IMG/VR virus record: IMGVR_UViG_3300030330_003618
Span: 1 to 62,996 of that record
DNA: 62,996 nucleotides
Reading direction: 5' to 3' (one strand)
Origin: a virus
Lineage: Duplodnaviria > Caudoviricetes
Under the pieces are notes generated by a model, which saw nothing but the letters and a program-made list of their open reading frames with translations, was not told the origin of the DNA and made no database searches. Both the position numbers and the translations under genes were made by a program. Within the stretch, counting starts at the first letter, position 1. The number at the start of each line of letters is the position of its first letter. Below, piece by piece: positions 46,476-55,654 of this stretch.

Positions 46476-47609
46476 TTATCTAATCCACATTGATCCTGTT
46501 CCATTCATTTGATCATCTAATTCATCTAAAACATCTTTCTTTTGTTCTGTGTTATGTCTAGGTTCGTTATTAAACGAAGGATTTTTAATATCCCTTACTA
46601 CCTGCTCGGTTCCCTTAGATCTATATTGATTAGCTACACTTCTTATTATATCTTGAAAATTACTCAAAACAAACATGTCGGTATTTAACTTATCAAAATT
46701 CCAGTTACCATCCTCCCCAATATACTGATCAAAAAAAGAATTTAAATTTGAATTTGCATCCATTAAATCTTTCCTATGTTCATCTGTTAGGGAAAAAGTG
46801 AACTGCTCTCCAGAATCATTAATATCAAATGTTATAGATTCAACCTCATTGACTTCAGATTGCATGTTGTTAACCCATTCTTTCTGAGCAGCTTCCTGTT
46901 CAGGTGAATTATCATTATTTTCAACAGGCATTCTATATTTTTCCTGCATCTCAATAAGATTCTTCCTTGCGTTAGCAACATCCTTCTTTAATTCAATTTT
47001 ACCAAGAGTTTTTTCAGCTTCACTGTATTTATCCTTACCTAACTTGTATTTAGAGTCTATTAAAACATTTACTTCATCCAAAGTTAATTCTGGATTTTCT
47101 TGTTTCAAAGTTAATCTCATAACATCTTCGTTAGACATTTTAGAATAATCAACAGCCTGAGTTCTAATGTAGTCCGCCATACTTCTCCCTGTCTCACTAA
47201 TAAAATTATTCATCTTCTCTATCTGCTCGTTAGCGAATGATGTTTTTTTACTAGATAAGGCTTTACTGAAAGAATCAATAGAGTCAAATTCTTGTTTAAA
47301 CTGCTCGTTTATAAATCTTAAAAACTCTTTTTTATTCTTTTCATTAACTTCTTCAGCGTCTACAACCTCCTTCTGAGATTGATTACTAGATTCATTATTT
47401 AAAGAACGATCAACATTATCCTGTGACTCTGCTGGAGCCTCTTTTGGAGCCTCTACAGTTTCATCAGTTTTACTTTCTGTTGTGGTTTCTGGTTGAGGTT
47501 CTGAACCCCCTGTTAAATCTACAACTTCTTTTTGTAATTCTTTAGGTTGTTCTTCTACAACGTTACCACTTAATTGTTCAGCGATTATATCGCCCATTTC
47601 ATCTGCCAT
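46476..47609 (-). CDS. Scaffolding protein
   Basis: Acidic disordered N-terminus, helical, between portal and MCP. Confidence 0.75.
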   Translation of the reverse strand: MADEMGDIIAEQLSGNVVEEQPKELQKEVVDLTGGSEPQPETTTESKTDETVEAPKEAPAESQDNVDRSLNNESSNQSQKEVVDAEEVNEKNKKEFLRFINEQFKQEFDSIDSFSKALSSKKTSFANEQIEKMNNFISETGRSMADYIRTQAVDYSKMSNEDVMRLTLKQENPELTLDEVNVLIDSKYKLGKDKYSEAEKTLGKIELKKDVANARKNLIEMQEKYRMPVENNDNSPEQEAAQKEWVNNMQSEVNEVESITFDINDSGEQFTFSLTDEHRKDLMDANSNLNSFFDQYIGEDGNWNFDKLNTDMFVLSNFQDIIRSVANQYRSKGTEQVVRDIKNPSFNNEPRHNTEQKKDVLDELDDQMNGTGSMWIR

Positions 47610-47639
47610 AATATATTAAATTAAATTAAACCTTTTTTG

Positions 47640-47647
47640 CAAAAATA
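47640..47647 (-). promoter_or_regulatory. -7 element TATTTTTG for scaffold/MCP
   Basis: TAnnTTTG consensus. Confidence 0.6.
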
Positions 47648-47686
47648 TAACATTTACAGATATAATCAAATTATCTATAAGTTTTT

Positions 47687-50083
47687 TTACATTCCTAAAT
47701 TTAAGTCTGGATCCTCTATAGGACCCTCCTTACCTTTTCTTTGTTCAATCATTTTAGATTGAAAATGTGCACTTTTCTCTACTGTCTTCTCCCTAGACTC
47801 CCCTTGAGCTTTGTTTGCTGCAACTTTACCAATATTACCAGCCTGTATCTCTTTTAATCTCCGTATATGAGCAGCTTCCTCAAATTGATTTTTCATTTGA
47901 TACTCCATCTGCATTTTTTGCATTTCAAACTGAGCATCCATCTCTTTCATTTTAGCATCTATCTGCATCTGCATCTGAGCTTCTTGTTGTTTCATTTGTG
48001 CCGCCATAGCTGCTGATTGCTGTTGTTGCTGTGCGTTACCTTGAGATTGCACCTGAGCCATTTTCATCTGTTCCTCCTGATACTTCTTTCTCCTCAACAT
48101 AAGCATTCTAGATCCCAACTTAGGATTATTAATTTCCCTTATTGTTATAGCATCTTCTATTCTTAATTCTTTTTGAGCTAAAGACATTTGTATAGCTTGT
48201 TCTAATTGTGCTTTTTCCTGTTCGTTTGGAGCGGCTTCAATCCCTATACCAAAATCATGCAGAGAAACATCCTTGTTAATTTCTATTGTTTTCATAGCGG
48301 TTTTACCAAGAGCAGATATATATCCTTTTACAGGTTTATCATACTCAACTATGTCTTGCAGTTTCATGCATACAGATCTAGCTAAATCTTCAACAACTTT
48401 ATTAAACCCATCATCTATAGCTCTAGTGGCATTATTAGAAGCCATTAACTGTATTTTTTGAACGCCCACTAACGCTTCACTAGAAGGTTTAGCTCCATCC
48501 CTAGCTTCATTAACACCTGTAACGTCTCGAATCATTCCTAAATTATGTTGATATATTTGTATAAGTTGCATCATATCCCTACCTATACCGTTTTCCAATT
48601 CTTGTATAGGAACTGTATTTGAAGCTATACCTTCATCATCTACACGCCTATAGTATATATTACCAGTTTGATCATAAATCTCCTGTAATTCTAAAGGGGT
48701 AAAAGTTCCTCCATCTCCTTTTGATACGTTTTCTAATGATCCTATTTCAAAAGCGGCTCCTTTTGGTCTAGCTTTGGCTAACACTTGCTGCATTTTTAAA
48801 TGTGCTAATTGTATCTGATCCGCAAATGGTATCATTCTTTGAACTAAAGAAACATTACGCATATTGTTTAAGTTGGGACTATATATTACATATGATAATT
48901 TAGTTTCCGACAAATTAGACTTAGGGCGAGACATATTTTTAGATAGTCCATAATCAAATATATAATCAGTTCCAATAATGTACTTCCCAGAGTAAACAAC
49001 TTTTACAGTGCTACTTAATTGTTCCCTTTTATATTTAGATTTTTTAGGAGGTTTGTATCCTTTTTTTCTTTTACTAACACTAAAACCCCCAAAAGAATTA
49101 TCTTTTTTCTCATAATTTAAATCATATATTGATATAAATTCAGCGTCCATTATTTGAACAGAAAACTTATCATGCTCACTAGCATAAGATGAATAATTAC
49201 CAAAAGACCTTCCATACAAACTATCCTCGTCTTTACTTTTGTTAGCGTGATTTTTAGCTATATCATCATATTCCTCATCAGTAAATTGATCTCCAGCCAT
49301 TTGTTTTAGCTGAGCTATAGTAACTGTATATATTTCTCCAGCGTGTTGTATATCTTTATAATCAGATGAATTTGAGTGAGATGTTATTAAGTTGAGTGGA
49401 TCCACGTATCTTATTTTTATGCCTTCAGAAGAATCTATGTAGGTTTTTAAAGATGATGTTCCAACCACAACTAGATCCCTTATACATTTCTTTTTTATCT
49501 CATCAAAATCATTTTGCTGAAAAACAAACTCTATACCTCTTTCAATAGCTATCTCATGTGCCTGTTTATAATTTAAAGTCATAAAAAGCTGTATCTCCTC
49601 CATGTCATCAGCAACAAATCCCTTTTTGTTTTGATCAAACCCTGTTATTTTAGAGACCTGCTGCCTAATAGGCTTGTTCATCATGTCGGCTATCATTGTT
49701 TTCTTTGCCTTCTTCTTGTTGTCTATGGAAATTTTATCTATAGCATTTGCTTTTATAGCAAACTCTCTGTTTGTCATATCTCCGCAGACTACATCAACAA
49801 ATTTAGGTATTATAGAAACTGGGGTCCAATCAATATTCATGTAAGAAGAGTCGCCCTCAACATCAAGAAGATCTTTATATTTTGAAACACTTTGAGTTCC
49901 CTCTGCATAAGCTCTCATTTTATTAAAAGCTCTTTTTTTATCTTGATAAGCCAACTCGGTATTATTTTTCCAATCACTATACATAGTCTTAAAATACTGA
50001 AGACCATATTCTTTTGTAGATTTCTCTTCATTCGTTGCAAATACTGTTGGATACCCCCCTATTAGTTCAAATTGTTTTTTCAT
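47687..50083 (-). CDS. Portal protein
   Basis: 798 aa after TerL; IIPKFVDVV, DVTGVNEARDG; Gln/Met-rich C-terminal barrel. Confidence 0.9.
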   Translation of the reverse strand: MKKQFELIGGYPTVFATNEEKSTKEYGLQYFKTMYSDWKNNTELAYQDKKRAFNKMRAYAEGTQSVSKYKDLLDVEGDSSYMNIDWTPVSIIPKFVDVVCGDMTNREFAIKANAIDKISIDNKKKAKKTMIADMMNKPIRQQVSKITGFDQNKKGFVADDMEEIQLFMTLNYKQAHEIAIERGIEFVFQQNDFDEIKKKCIRDLVVVGTSSLKTYIDSSEGIKIRYVDPLNLITSHSNSSDYKDIQHAGEIYTVTIAQLKQMAGDQFTDEEYDDIAKNHANKSKDEDSLYGRSFGNYSSYASEHDKFSVQIMDAEFISIYDLNYEKKDNSFGGFSVSKRKKGYKPPKKSKYKREQLSSTVKVVYSGKYIIGTDYIFDYGLSKNMSRPKSNLSETKLSYVIYSPNLNNMRNVSLVQRMIPFADQIQLAHLKMQQVLAKARPKGAAFEIGSLENVSKGDGGTFTPLELQEIYDQTGNIYYRRVDDEGIASNTVPIQELENGIGRDMMQLIQIYQHNLGMIRDVTGVNEARDGAKPSSEALVGVQKIQLMASNNATRAIDDGFNKVVEDLARSVCMKLQDIVEYDKPVKGYISALGKTAMKTIEINKDVSLHDFGIGIEAAPNEQEKAQLEQAIQMSLAQKELRIEDAITIREINNPKLGSRMLMLRRKKYQEEQMKMAQVQSQGNAQQQQQSAAMAAQMKQQEAQMQMQIDAKMKEMDAQFEMQKMQMEYQMKNQFEEAAHIRRLKEIQAGNIGKVAANKAQGESREKTVEKSAHFQSKMIEQRKGKEGPIEDPDLNLGM

Positions 50084-52108
50084 CTATATTTTCTTAGACA
50101 TTAATCCTATATTCCTATATTTTTTCACAAAGTTAAGATTTATTTTTGGAATTTTCTTTTCTATTACATATTTTTGTGCGGCTAAAAGAGCTAAACTTGA
50201 AGCTACCGTAGCATCATACTTTGTTCTATTTGATGGTTCAAATCTACTCCAATCATCTAAAAGTCTATTAAAATAACATTTTCCCATCTCTTGAGTTTCA
50301 GTGTTCATGCCCACATAATCATACACATAGCTAGCTATAGCCTCTGTTTGAGCGTTAAGCACAGCTACACCTGTAGACGGTATACCTTTTGTTTTTTGTT
50401 TCCTGCTACTTTCTGTATGAGTAGACTCTGGCCTATCCATTAAATAATTATAATATCCTCTTCTTTCAAAATACTTTATTATACCAACTTTATTATTCTC
50501 TATTAATATTGGACACCCATAAAAGATACAAGTTTTTAAAACATCCTCATAAAACATCTCAGCCTTTGGAGGTCTAGCTATATACTCACAAACAAACTGA
50601 TTAGAAAAATCATCCATCATGCTAAATTTTTTATAAACATAGCACGCAGCATCAGATCTTCTACCGTCAGTAGTAGTGTCATGATCGTAAGGGTCACATC
50701 CAGCAACTAATTCTAAATCATTTCCAGGAGATTTTTTATTATAAATCATTTTAAATTTATTTCTCCTATCTTCTGGTGGTATCCAAGATATTCTCCACCT
50801 ACCCTGAGACCCTGGCTTCCATAACACAGTAGTATCTTTTTCTCCACTACTCCAAATAAAATCACCTTTAACTATTAAATTTCTAGCCTCCTCATTAAAA
50901 TCCATTTGTTGATATATTCTTTCCACATCAAAAGGACTATATCTTGAATCACTCCTGAACGCTTCATCAATAGTAAATGGTCTTTGTCTTTTTTCTTCAG
51001 ATAACTTAGTAGTGTTTCCTTGATAAGCGTCTCTTATGTTTTGCAAATATTCTTTAGCACCTATCTTTTTCTTTATAAATTTTGCCTGCTCTTTTGTTGG
51101 TGTATCTATAACTGAAAAACCATACTCATCTATAAAGCCTTCATAACCATCATAAGCTGGAGTAAAATAAGAATACATACCAGATCTAGTTCTACCATTA
51201 GCATCTCTCTCTTCTATATCACTATCATACCATATGTTTTTAAAATTTTCACCTCCCGATATTTCTAATTCATTAACAGTAGATGGCATAAAACATCTTC
51301 CTATTATCTTGTCTCCTAAAGTTAAGCATGATCTTACTACTTCCCAGTTTTTTTCTACACTTGCCTCCGTCCATTTCCCAGCCTCATCACATAAATATCT
51401 TATTAGCTTAACTGAGTCATATGAATTTTCCCTAGTATTTCTCCAATCTATTCTACTATTTAAAGCTTCTGACTTAGTCACCTTAGAATAGTTTTTTGTT
51501 ATCTTTTGACCAGGAGTATTAAAACTAAGAGTGCTTTTAGGATTATCACTACCATCTATAATTGGTTGAAAAAAGAAAGGTAGACTTCTAAACATATATA
51601 CAAGCTTGTCTGTGAATAAAGACTTAGCGTCAGCACCAGTTTTACTTGTTATCCCCCCATGTGAATTATATCTCGCTGTTATTTCATATAACAACATAGC
51701 TGCACCTTTATAGGAAGCTCCCTCTCTACGGTGTTTAACCATTATCATACCAAAACAATCTGGATCTTGCTTGCATATTTCCCAGAAGATAAAAAACCTT
51801 CGATCCCTATCTCTATATTCAGGATATCCAATATCCATTTTGCACCAGTTTAAATAATAGTAATGCTCCCCTGTTATATAGGTAGGCTCTCCATTATTCA
51901 TAAACCAAACACCTTCATCTCTTCTTTTAAATTCCTGATCTATAAACCATGAGTATTTAGGGATAGTATCCTCATTAAGACCCTCTGGCATATCAGTTCT
52001 TTTCCATTTTTGATCTTTTTTCTTTAGATCTGAAAACAATATGTCTTTTTTCTTGGGTTTAACAGGGAGCTTAAATTTTAAACCATTTACTTTTATATAA
52101 CCTGCCAT
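50084..52108 (-). CDS. terL: Terminase large subunit (start moved to ATG 52108)
   Basis: KHRREGAS Walker A variant, LCDEAGKW Walker B, nuclease GCDPYD, IENNK, KYDATVA. Confidence 0.92.
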   Translation of the reverse strand: MAGYIKVNGLKFKLPVKPKKKDILFSDLKKKDQKWKRTDMPEGLNEDTIPKYSWFIDQEFKRRDEGVWFMNNGEPTYITGEHYYYLNWCKMDIGYPEYRDRDRRFFIFWEICKQDPDCFGMIMVKHRREGASYKGAAMLLYEITARYNSHGGITSKTGADAKSLFTDKLVYMFRSLPFFFQPIIDGSDNPKSTLSFNTPGQKITKNYSKVTKSEALNSRIDWRNTRENSYDSVKLIRYLCDEAGKWTEASVEKNWEVVRSCLTLGDKIIGRCFMPSTVNELEISGGENFKNIWYDSDIEERDANGRTRSGMYSYFTPAYDGYEGFIDEYGFSVIDTPTKEQAKFIKKKIGAKEYLQNIRDAYQGNTTKLSEEKRQRPFTIDEAFRSDSRYSPFDVERIYQQMDFNEEARNLIVKGDFIWSSGEKDTTVLWKPGSQGRWRISWIPPEDRRNKFKMIYNKKSPGNDLELVAGCDPYDHDTTTDGRRSDAACYVYKKFSMMDDFSNQFVCEYIARPPKAEMFYEDVLKTCIFYGCPILIENNKVGIIKYFERRGYYNYLMDRPESTHTESSRKQKTKGIPSTGVAVLNAQTEAIASYVYDYVGMNTETQEMGKCYFNRLLDDWSRFEPSNRTKYDATVASSLALLAAQKYVIEKKIPKINLNFVKKYRNIGLMSKKI

Positions 52109-52129
52109 AATAAATTTTAGCCAATTATG

Positions 52130-52137
52130 CAAATATA
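52130..52137 (-). promoter_or_regulatory. -7 element TATATTTG upstream of terL
   Basis: TAnnTTTG consensus. Confidence 0.6.
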
Positions 52138-52157
52138 GTAAAATAAAATTATTTTAT

Positions 52158-52451
52158 TTATTTCTTAGCGTATTTTTCTGAGAAGCCAGCTTTGAAGGAT
52201 TTGTCTTCTGATTCTATTTCATTGTCTGTTAAGCTGCCTTCATTGATTTGATTTTGCATTTTATGTATAGCCATCAGTATATCTTGAGCGTCCATAAAAC
52301 ACTCTTTCTTAGCTTTCATAGCGTTTCTAGCTTTATCATCTTGTAAGTCTGGATCTATAGGTTTTTTAACTTCTTCTAATAATAAGTCAAATGCTTTATT
52401 ACCCGACTCTATCAATTTCTCTATTTTCTTGCTTACATTTATTTCTTTCAT
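52158..52451 (-). CDS. Possible terminase small subunit
   Basis: Small helical protein directly upstream of terL. Confidence 0.5.
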   Translation of the reverse strand: MKEINVSKKIEKLIESGNKAFDLLLEEVKKPIDPDLQDDKARNAMKAKKECFMDAQDILMAIHKMQNQINEGSLTDNEIESEDKSFKAGFSEKYAKK

Positions 52452-52689
52452 TTAATTTAATATTTAATAAAACAGCACACCTTTCATAATATTCCATGTC
52501 TTCATAATAGTTAATCATAAAATCTATAAAACTGTCAAATATCTCTTGATCAAGATCTTCCTCAACAACATTCCATAAAAAATATGGTCTACTTGATGAA
52601 TCTAATATGTCTTCTATAGATTTTTTACCTGTTAATAAATTGTATGAATTTTCCACACATATATCTATTATTTCTTGGGTATCTAACAT
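52399..52689 (-). CDS. Hypothetical protein with UVR-like motif (EDMEYYERCAVL)
   Basis: ORF track. Confidence 0.7.
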   Translation of the reverse strand: MLDTQEIIDICVENSYNLLTGKKSIEDILDSSSRPYFLWNVVEEDLDQEIFDSFIDFMINYYEDMEYYERCAVLLNIKLNERNKCKQENREIDRVG

Positions 52690-53267
52690 TATTCGACTTT
52701 TGCTAATATATCAAAGTTACGCATTCTTAACATTTTTTCCCCCTCTATTATCATTTCATATTCAGAATTTTCAGAAAAAATCACCTCATCACCCTTTTTC
52801 ACCCCTAAATTTTTTAAATCTTTATTCATATACTCAATGTAACCATGTAGTTCTACATCATCAGCTTCTGGCTTTAAATATATTCCTGTGTCAGATATGT
52901 AATTAGATTCATCTTCCACTTTTTGTTTTACAAAATTCCAATGATGCAACATCTTTACTCTACCTTTCCTAACAATGGCATACACATAAGACCAATGTAT
53001 ACTGAACACTTTTTCATCCTCATGAAATTTAACTCTATTTTCTTCGTTTGTTAAAAAATGGTGACAATAAATTTTATCTCCCACTTTAACATCTAGATTT
53101 ACATCTTTGGGTAAACTATGAGGTAGTGCAACAACTGTGCCATACTGTCTAGCATGTTTTAACTCATCATAAGAGGTGTCCATAAATAATTCTTTTCCAT
53201 TTACTATTATGGTGTCCTCATGCGTTTTTTCTACTTTTACAAAGTAGTAATCTTTTACTGGTCTCAT
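52689..53267 (-). CDS. Co-chaperonin with two tandem GroES/Cpn10-like domains (start moved to ATG 53267)
   Basis: MRPVKDYYFVK..GTVVA..VKVGDKI and FVK..GIYL..GVKKGDEVIF..IEGEK...DILA. Confidence 0.8.
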   Translation of the reverse strand: MRPVKDYYFVKVEKTHEDTIIVNGKELFMDTSYDELKHARQYGTVVALPHSLPKDVNLDVKVGDKIYCHHFLTNEENRVKFHEDEKVFSIHWSYVYAIVRKGRVKMLHHWNFVKQKVEDESNYISDTGIYLKPEADDVELHGYIEYMNKDLKNLGVKKGDEVIFSENSEYEMIIEGEKMLRMRNFDILAKVE

Positions 53268-53268
53268 A

Positions 53269-53544
53269 TTAATTAACTTCGTAGTTTTCTCTATCTTGAA
53301 TATCATACTCTATAGCTGTAGGTTGATCAAAAAACCTCTTCCAAGGTCTTGAAAATTCGTCACCTCTAGCTTTAACATAAACATCATAAACAACTTGTTG
53401 ATGCTTGTACCATGCGGCCTCATCTTGTATAATAGCTGTTATCTCTATATTTCCAGCATTCATCAACTGACCAACTTTATATGTTAATCCCTGTTTTAAA
53501 TCTCCTATAGTTATTTTTCTAATGATAGGACTTATAGCTTCCAT
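53269..53544 (-). CDS. Conserved hypothetical protein (IIRKITIG..Y.VGQ..WKRF..PTAIEYD)
   Basis: ORF track. Confidence 0.8.
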   Translation of the reverse strand: MEAISPIIRKITIGDLKQGLTYKVGQLMNAGNIEITAIIQDEAAWYKHQQVVYDVYVKARGDEFSRPWKRFFDQPTAIEYDIQDRENYEVN

Positions 53545-53551
53545 AATTTTA

Positions 53552-53932
53552 TTATTTTTTATTTTCGTAGTATATATCTAAATCTTCTATTGTTGCTATA
53601 GGCTTTCCATTTATATTAGCATGACCACCCATAGCTATAGTTTCTTTAAATGAATTATATTCATCACTTCTTTCTTTATGCATAGCAACTTTAAGTAATA
53701 TTAAATAACCTATAAGATCTGATACCGTATCTTCCGTTTTATCATTTATCCCTTTGTTTTGTATACGCATAAGTTTATCATCTATACGTGCACATAAAGA
53801 ATCTATTGGTGATCCTGAAGAAAATACGCTTGATGGGTTAGTGGCTGAATCGCCATAGTCTCGATTCTTCTGTATAAGAAGATCTTTCATAGATTCGCAC
53901 ATCTCCTCTATGAGTTGTTCTGTGTCTTTCAT
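53552..53932 (-). CDS. Nucleotide modification-associated domain 1 (DUF1599-like)
   Basis: KNRDYGDS..RIDDKLMRI..EDTVSDLIGY. Confidence 0.8.
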   Translation of the reverse strand: MKDTEQLIEEMCESMKDLLIQKNRDYGDSATNPSSVFSSGSPIDSLCARIDDKLMRIQNKGINDKTEDTVSDLIGYLILLKVAMHKERSDEYNSFKETIAMGGHANINGKPIATIEDLDIYYENKK

Positions 53933-53976
53933 AATATTGTATTAAATTAAATTTCCACTAATATAGTGAAAAATTT

Positions 53977-55335
53977 TTATTCAAACAATACTCTGCTGAT
54001 TTTTTGGTAATGAACTACTAATTCTGTTGTTTTAGATCCTGCCATTTGCTGAACACCAATATAGGGTATGAAGTCATGGTCATCTGCTAAAGCTAATGAT
54101 TTTGTTGTTGTTGAGCTTTGAGTTGCTCCACCAGCTGTTGCTGAAGTCACTAATCCATACTGCACGTCATTTACAAATACAGAAACTTGTCTATTTGAAT
54201 CTATCTCTATTCTAAATCTATAAGTGGTAGAAGCAGCTACTGCTATTCCTAAGTCTGTTACATAATCCGTTCCATCATTAGAATACACAAAGTGTAAATT
54301 AGCGTTTGTTGTTAGAGCACCTTGATCATCATCTGTACAGAATAGGAAATAAGCTTGATCCGCATCTGTTGTATAAACAGGAGTATTTGTTAACTTTAAA
54401 CCAGCATGAAAAGAGTAATCTGTTATAGTTCCATGAGTGGTTATAGCACACTCCCATTCTACTTGATTTTCAGTTCCCCACATAATACCTGTCCAGGCTG
54501 ATTGGTTGGAGTCTAAGTGTGGAGCTATAATAACCTGATCGTTGTCAGCACCGTCTGTTTGTATTTGTACACCAGCGTAATTGTTAGAAAACGTAGCATC
54601 ACCACTTCCAGCGTTAGTTCCCACTAATTCAAAGTCTGGATTAGCTATCATTCTATGGGTTTCAGAAGCATTTTGAATATCAGCGTTTCCTTGTGGTAAT
54701 CTTTTAAAGAACTCTTCTAGATAATATCTTTCAGAACTTCTTCTAAGGTTTCCTTTTATTTCTACATCTGCATTAATACTAACTTTGTCGTTAGTGTTAT
54801 CTACAACAAATAAACTAGTATTACTACTGCTAGTAATTTTAAACACTTCAGTTCCTGGACCTAAAGAAAATAGTGCAGATCCAGAGTTGGATCCTACATG
54901 TAAAGTGCAAGAAGGAACAGTTTGACCTACACCAAAATAGGTTGAGTTGGAAACCACTCTAGAGCTGGAGTCTTGTACATAAAAATACGTATTGTTTCCA
55001 GGAGAGCTGGAGTCTATATCCCCAATCTTTACATTATAAGCCCCTAAAAAATCTCCTATGTAAAATTTGTTATATCCATTAGAATTTTGAACCAACATAG
55101 ATTGAGTTGACGTACCTATTATATGTAAGTTAGCTCTAGGGGTTGATGTAGTAGATAGGTTAAAAGATAAGCTTCCTACAATATTAACTCTAGATTGACC
55201 TAGAAACATAGCACTCTGTTTACCACTTCCATCTTCAATTCTAGTTGGAGTTTCACCACTAAAACCTACAGTTGATTCTGTTTTTAATAAACTTCTATAA
55301 GTGTCCTTTATTGCCTGCCCTGTTAATGTTGCCAT
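53977..55335 (-). CDS. Tail fibre/spike-like structural protein with C-terminal beta-sandwich
   Basis: MATLTG..IKDTYRSLLK N-terminus, fibre repeats (P..LHV), lectin-like C-terminus. Confidence 0.7.
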   Translation of the reverse strand: MATLTGQAIKDTYRSLLKTESTVGFSGETPTRIEDGSGKQSAMFLGQSRVNIVGSLSFNLSTTSTPRANLHIIGTSTQSMLVQNSNGYNKFYIGDFLGAYNVKIGDIDSSSPGNNTYFYVQDSSSRVVSNSTYFGVGQTVPSCTLHVGSNSGSALFSLGPGTEVFKITSSSNTSLFVVDNTNDKVSINADVEIKGNLRRSSERYYLEEFFKRLPQGNADIQNASETHRMIANPDFELVGTNAGSGDATFSNNYAGVQIQTDGADNDQVIIAPHLDSNQSAWTGIMWGTENQVEWECAITTHGTITDYSFHAGLKLTNTPVYTTDADQAYFLFCTDDDQGALTTNANLHFVYSNDGTDYVTDLGIAVAASTTYRFRIEIDSNRQVSVFVNDVQYGLVTSATAGGATQSSTTTKSLALADDHDFIPYIGVQQMAGSKTTELVVHYQKISRVLFE

Positions 55336-55336
55336 A

Positions 55337-55636
55337 TTATCCTCTACTTACGCTTAATACTCCGTTATTATTCCATAATTGACCAGCGGATCTAGGATCT
55401 ACTGTAGGTAATGAATCCCCCATTGTGTTTGGTAGTAACAATTCAGCACTTACTATATATCTTCTTAATTCATCTATATCATCCTGCATCAATTCCATTT
55501 GATGCATTAAAGCAGCTTCACTAGGGAAAGCTATTAAATTATGATGTTTATCAGCATTATATGCGTTTGTCATTTCAGTTAAATCACTCCCTGTCTTATC
55601 ATGTATCTCTGCCGATCTTTTACTTGCTAAAGCCAT
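55337..55636 (-). CDS. Small tail-associated protein
   Basis: LPTVDP..AGQLWNNNGVLSVS fibre motif. Confidence 0.65.
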   Translation of the reverse strand: MALASKRSAEIHDKTGSDLTEMTNAYNADKHHNLIAFPSEAALMHQMELMQDDIDELRRYIVSAELLLPNTMGDSLPTVDPRSAGQLWNNNGVLSVSRG

Positions 55637-55654
55637 ATTATTATATTTTTATTA

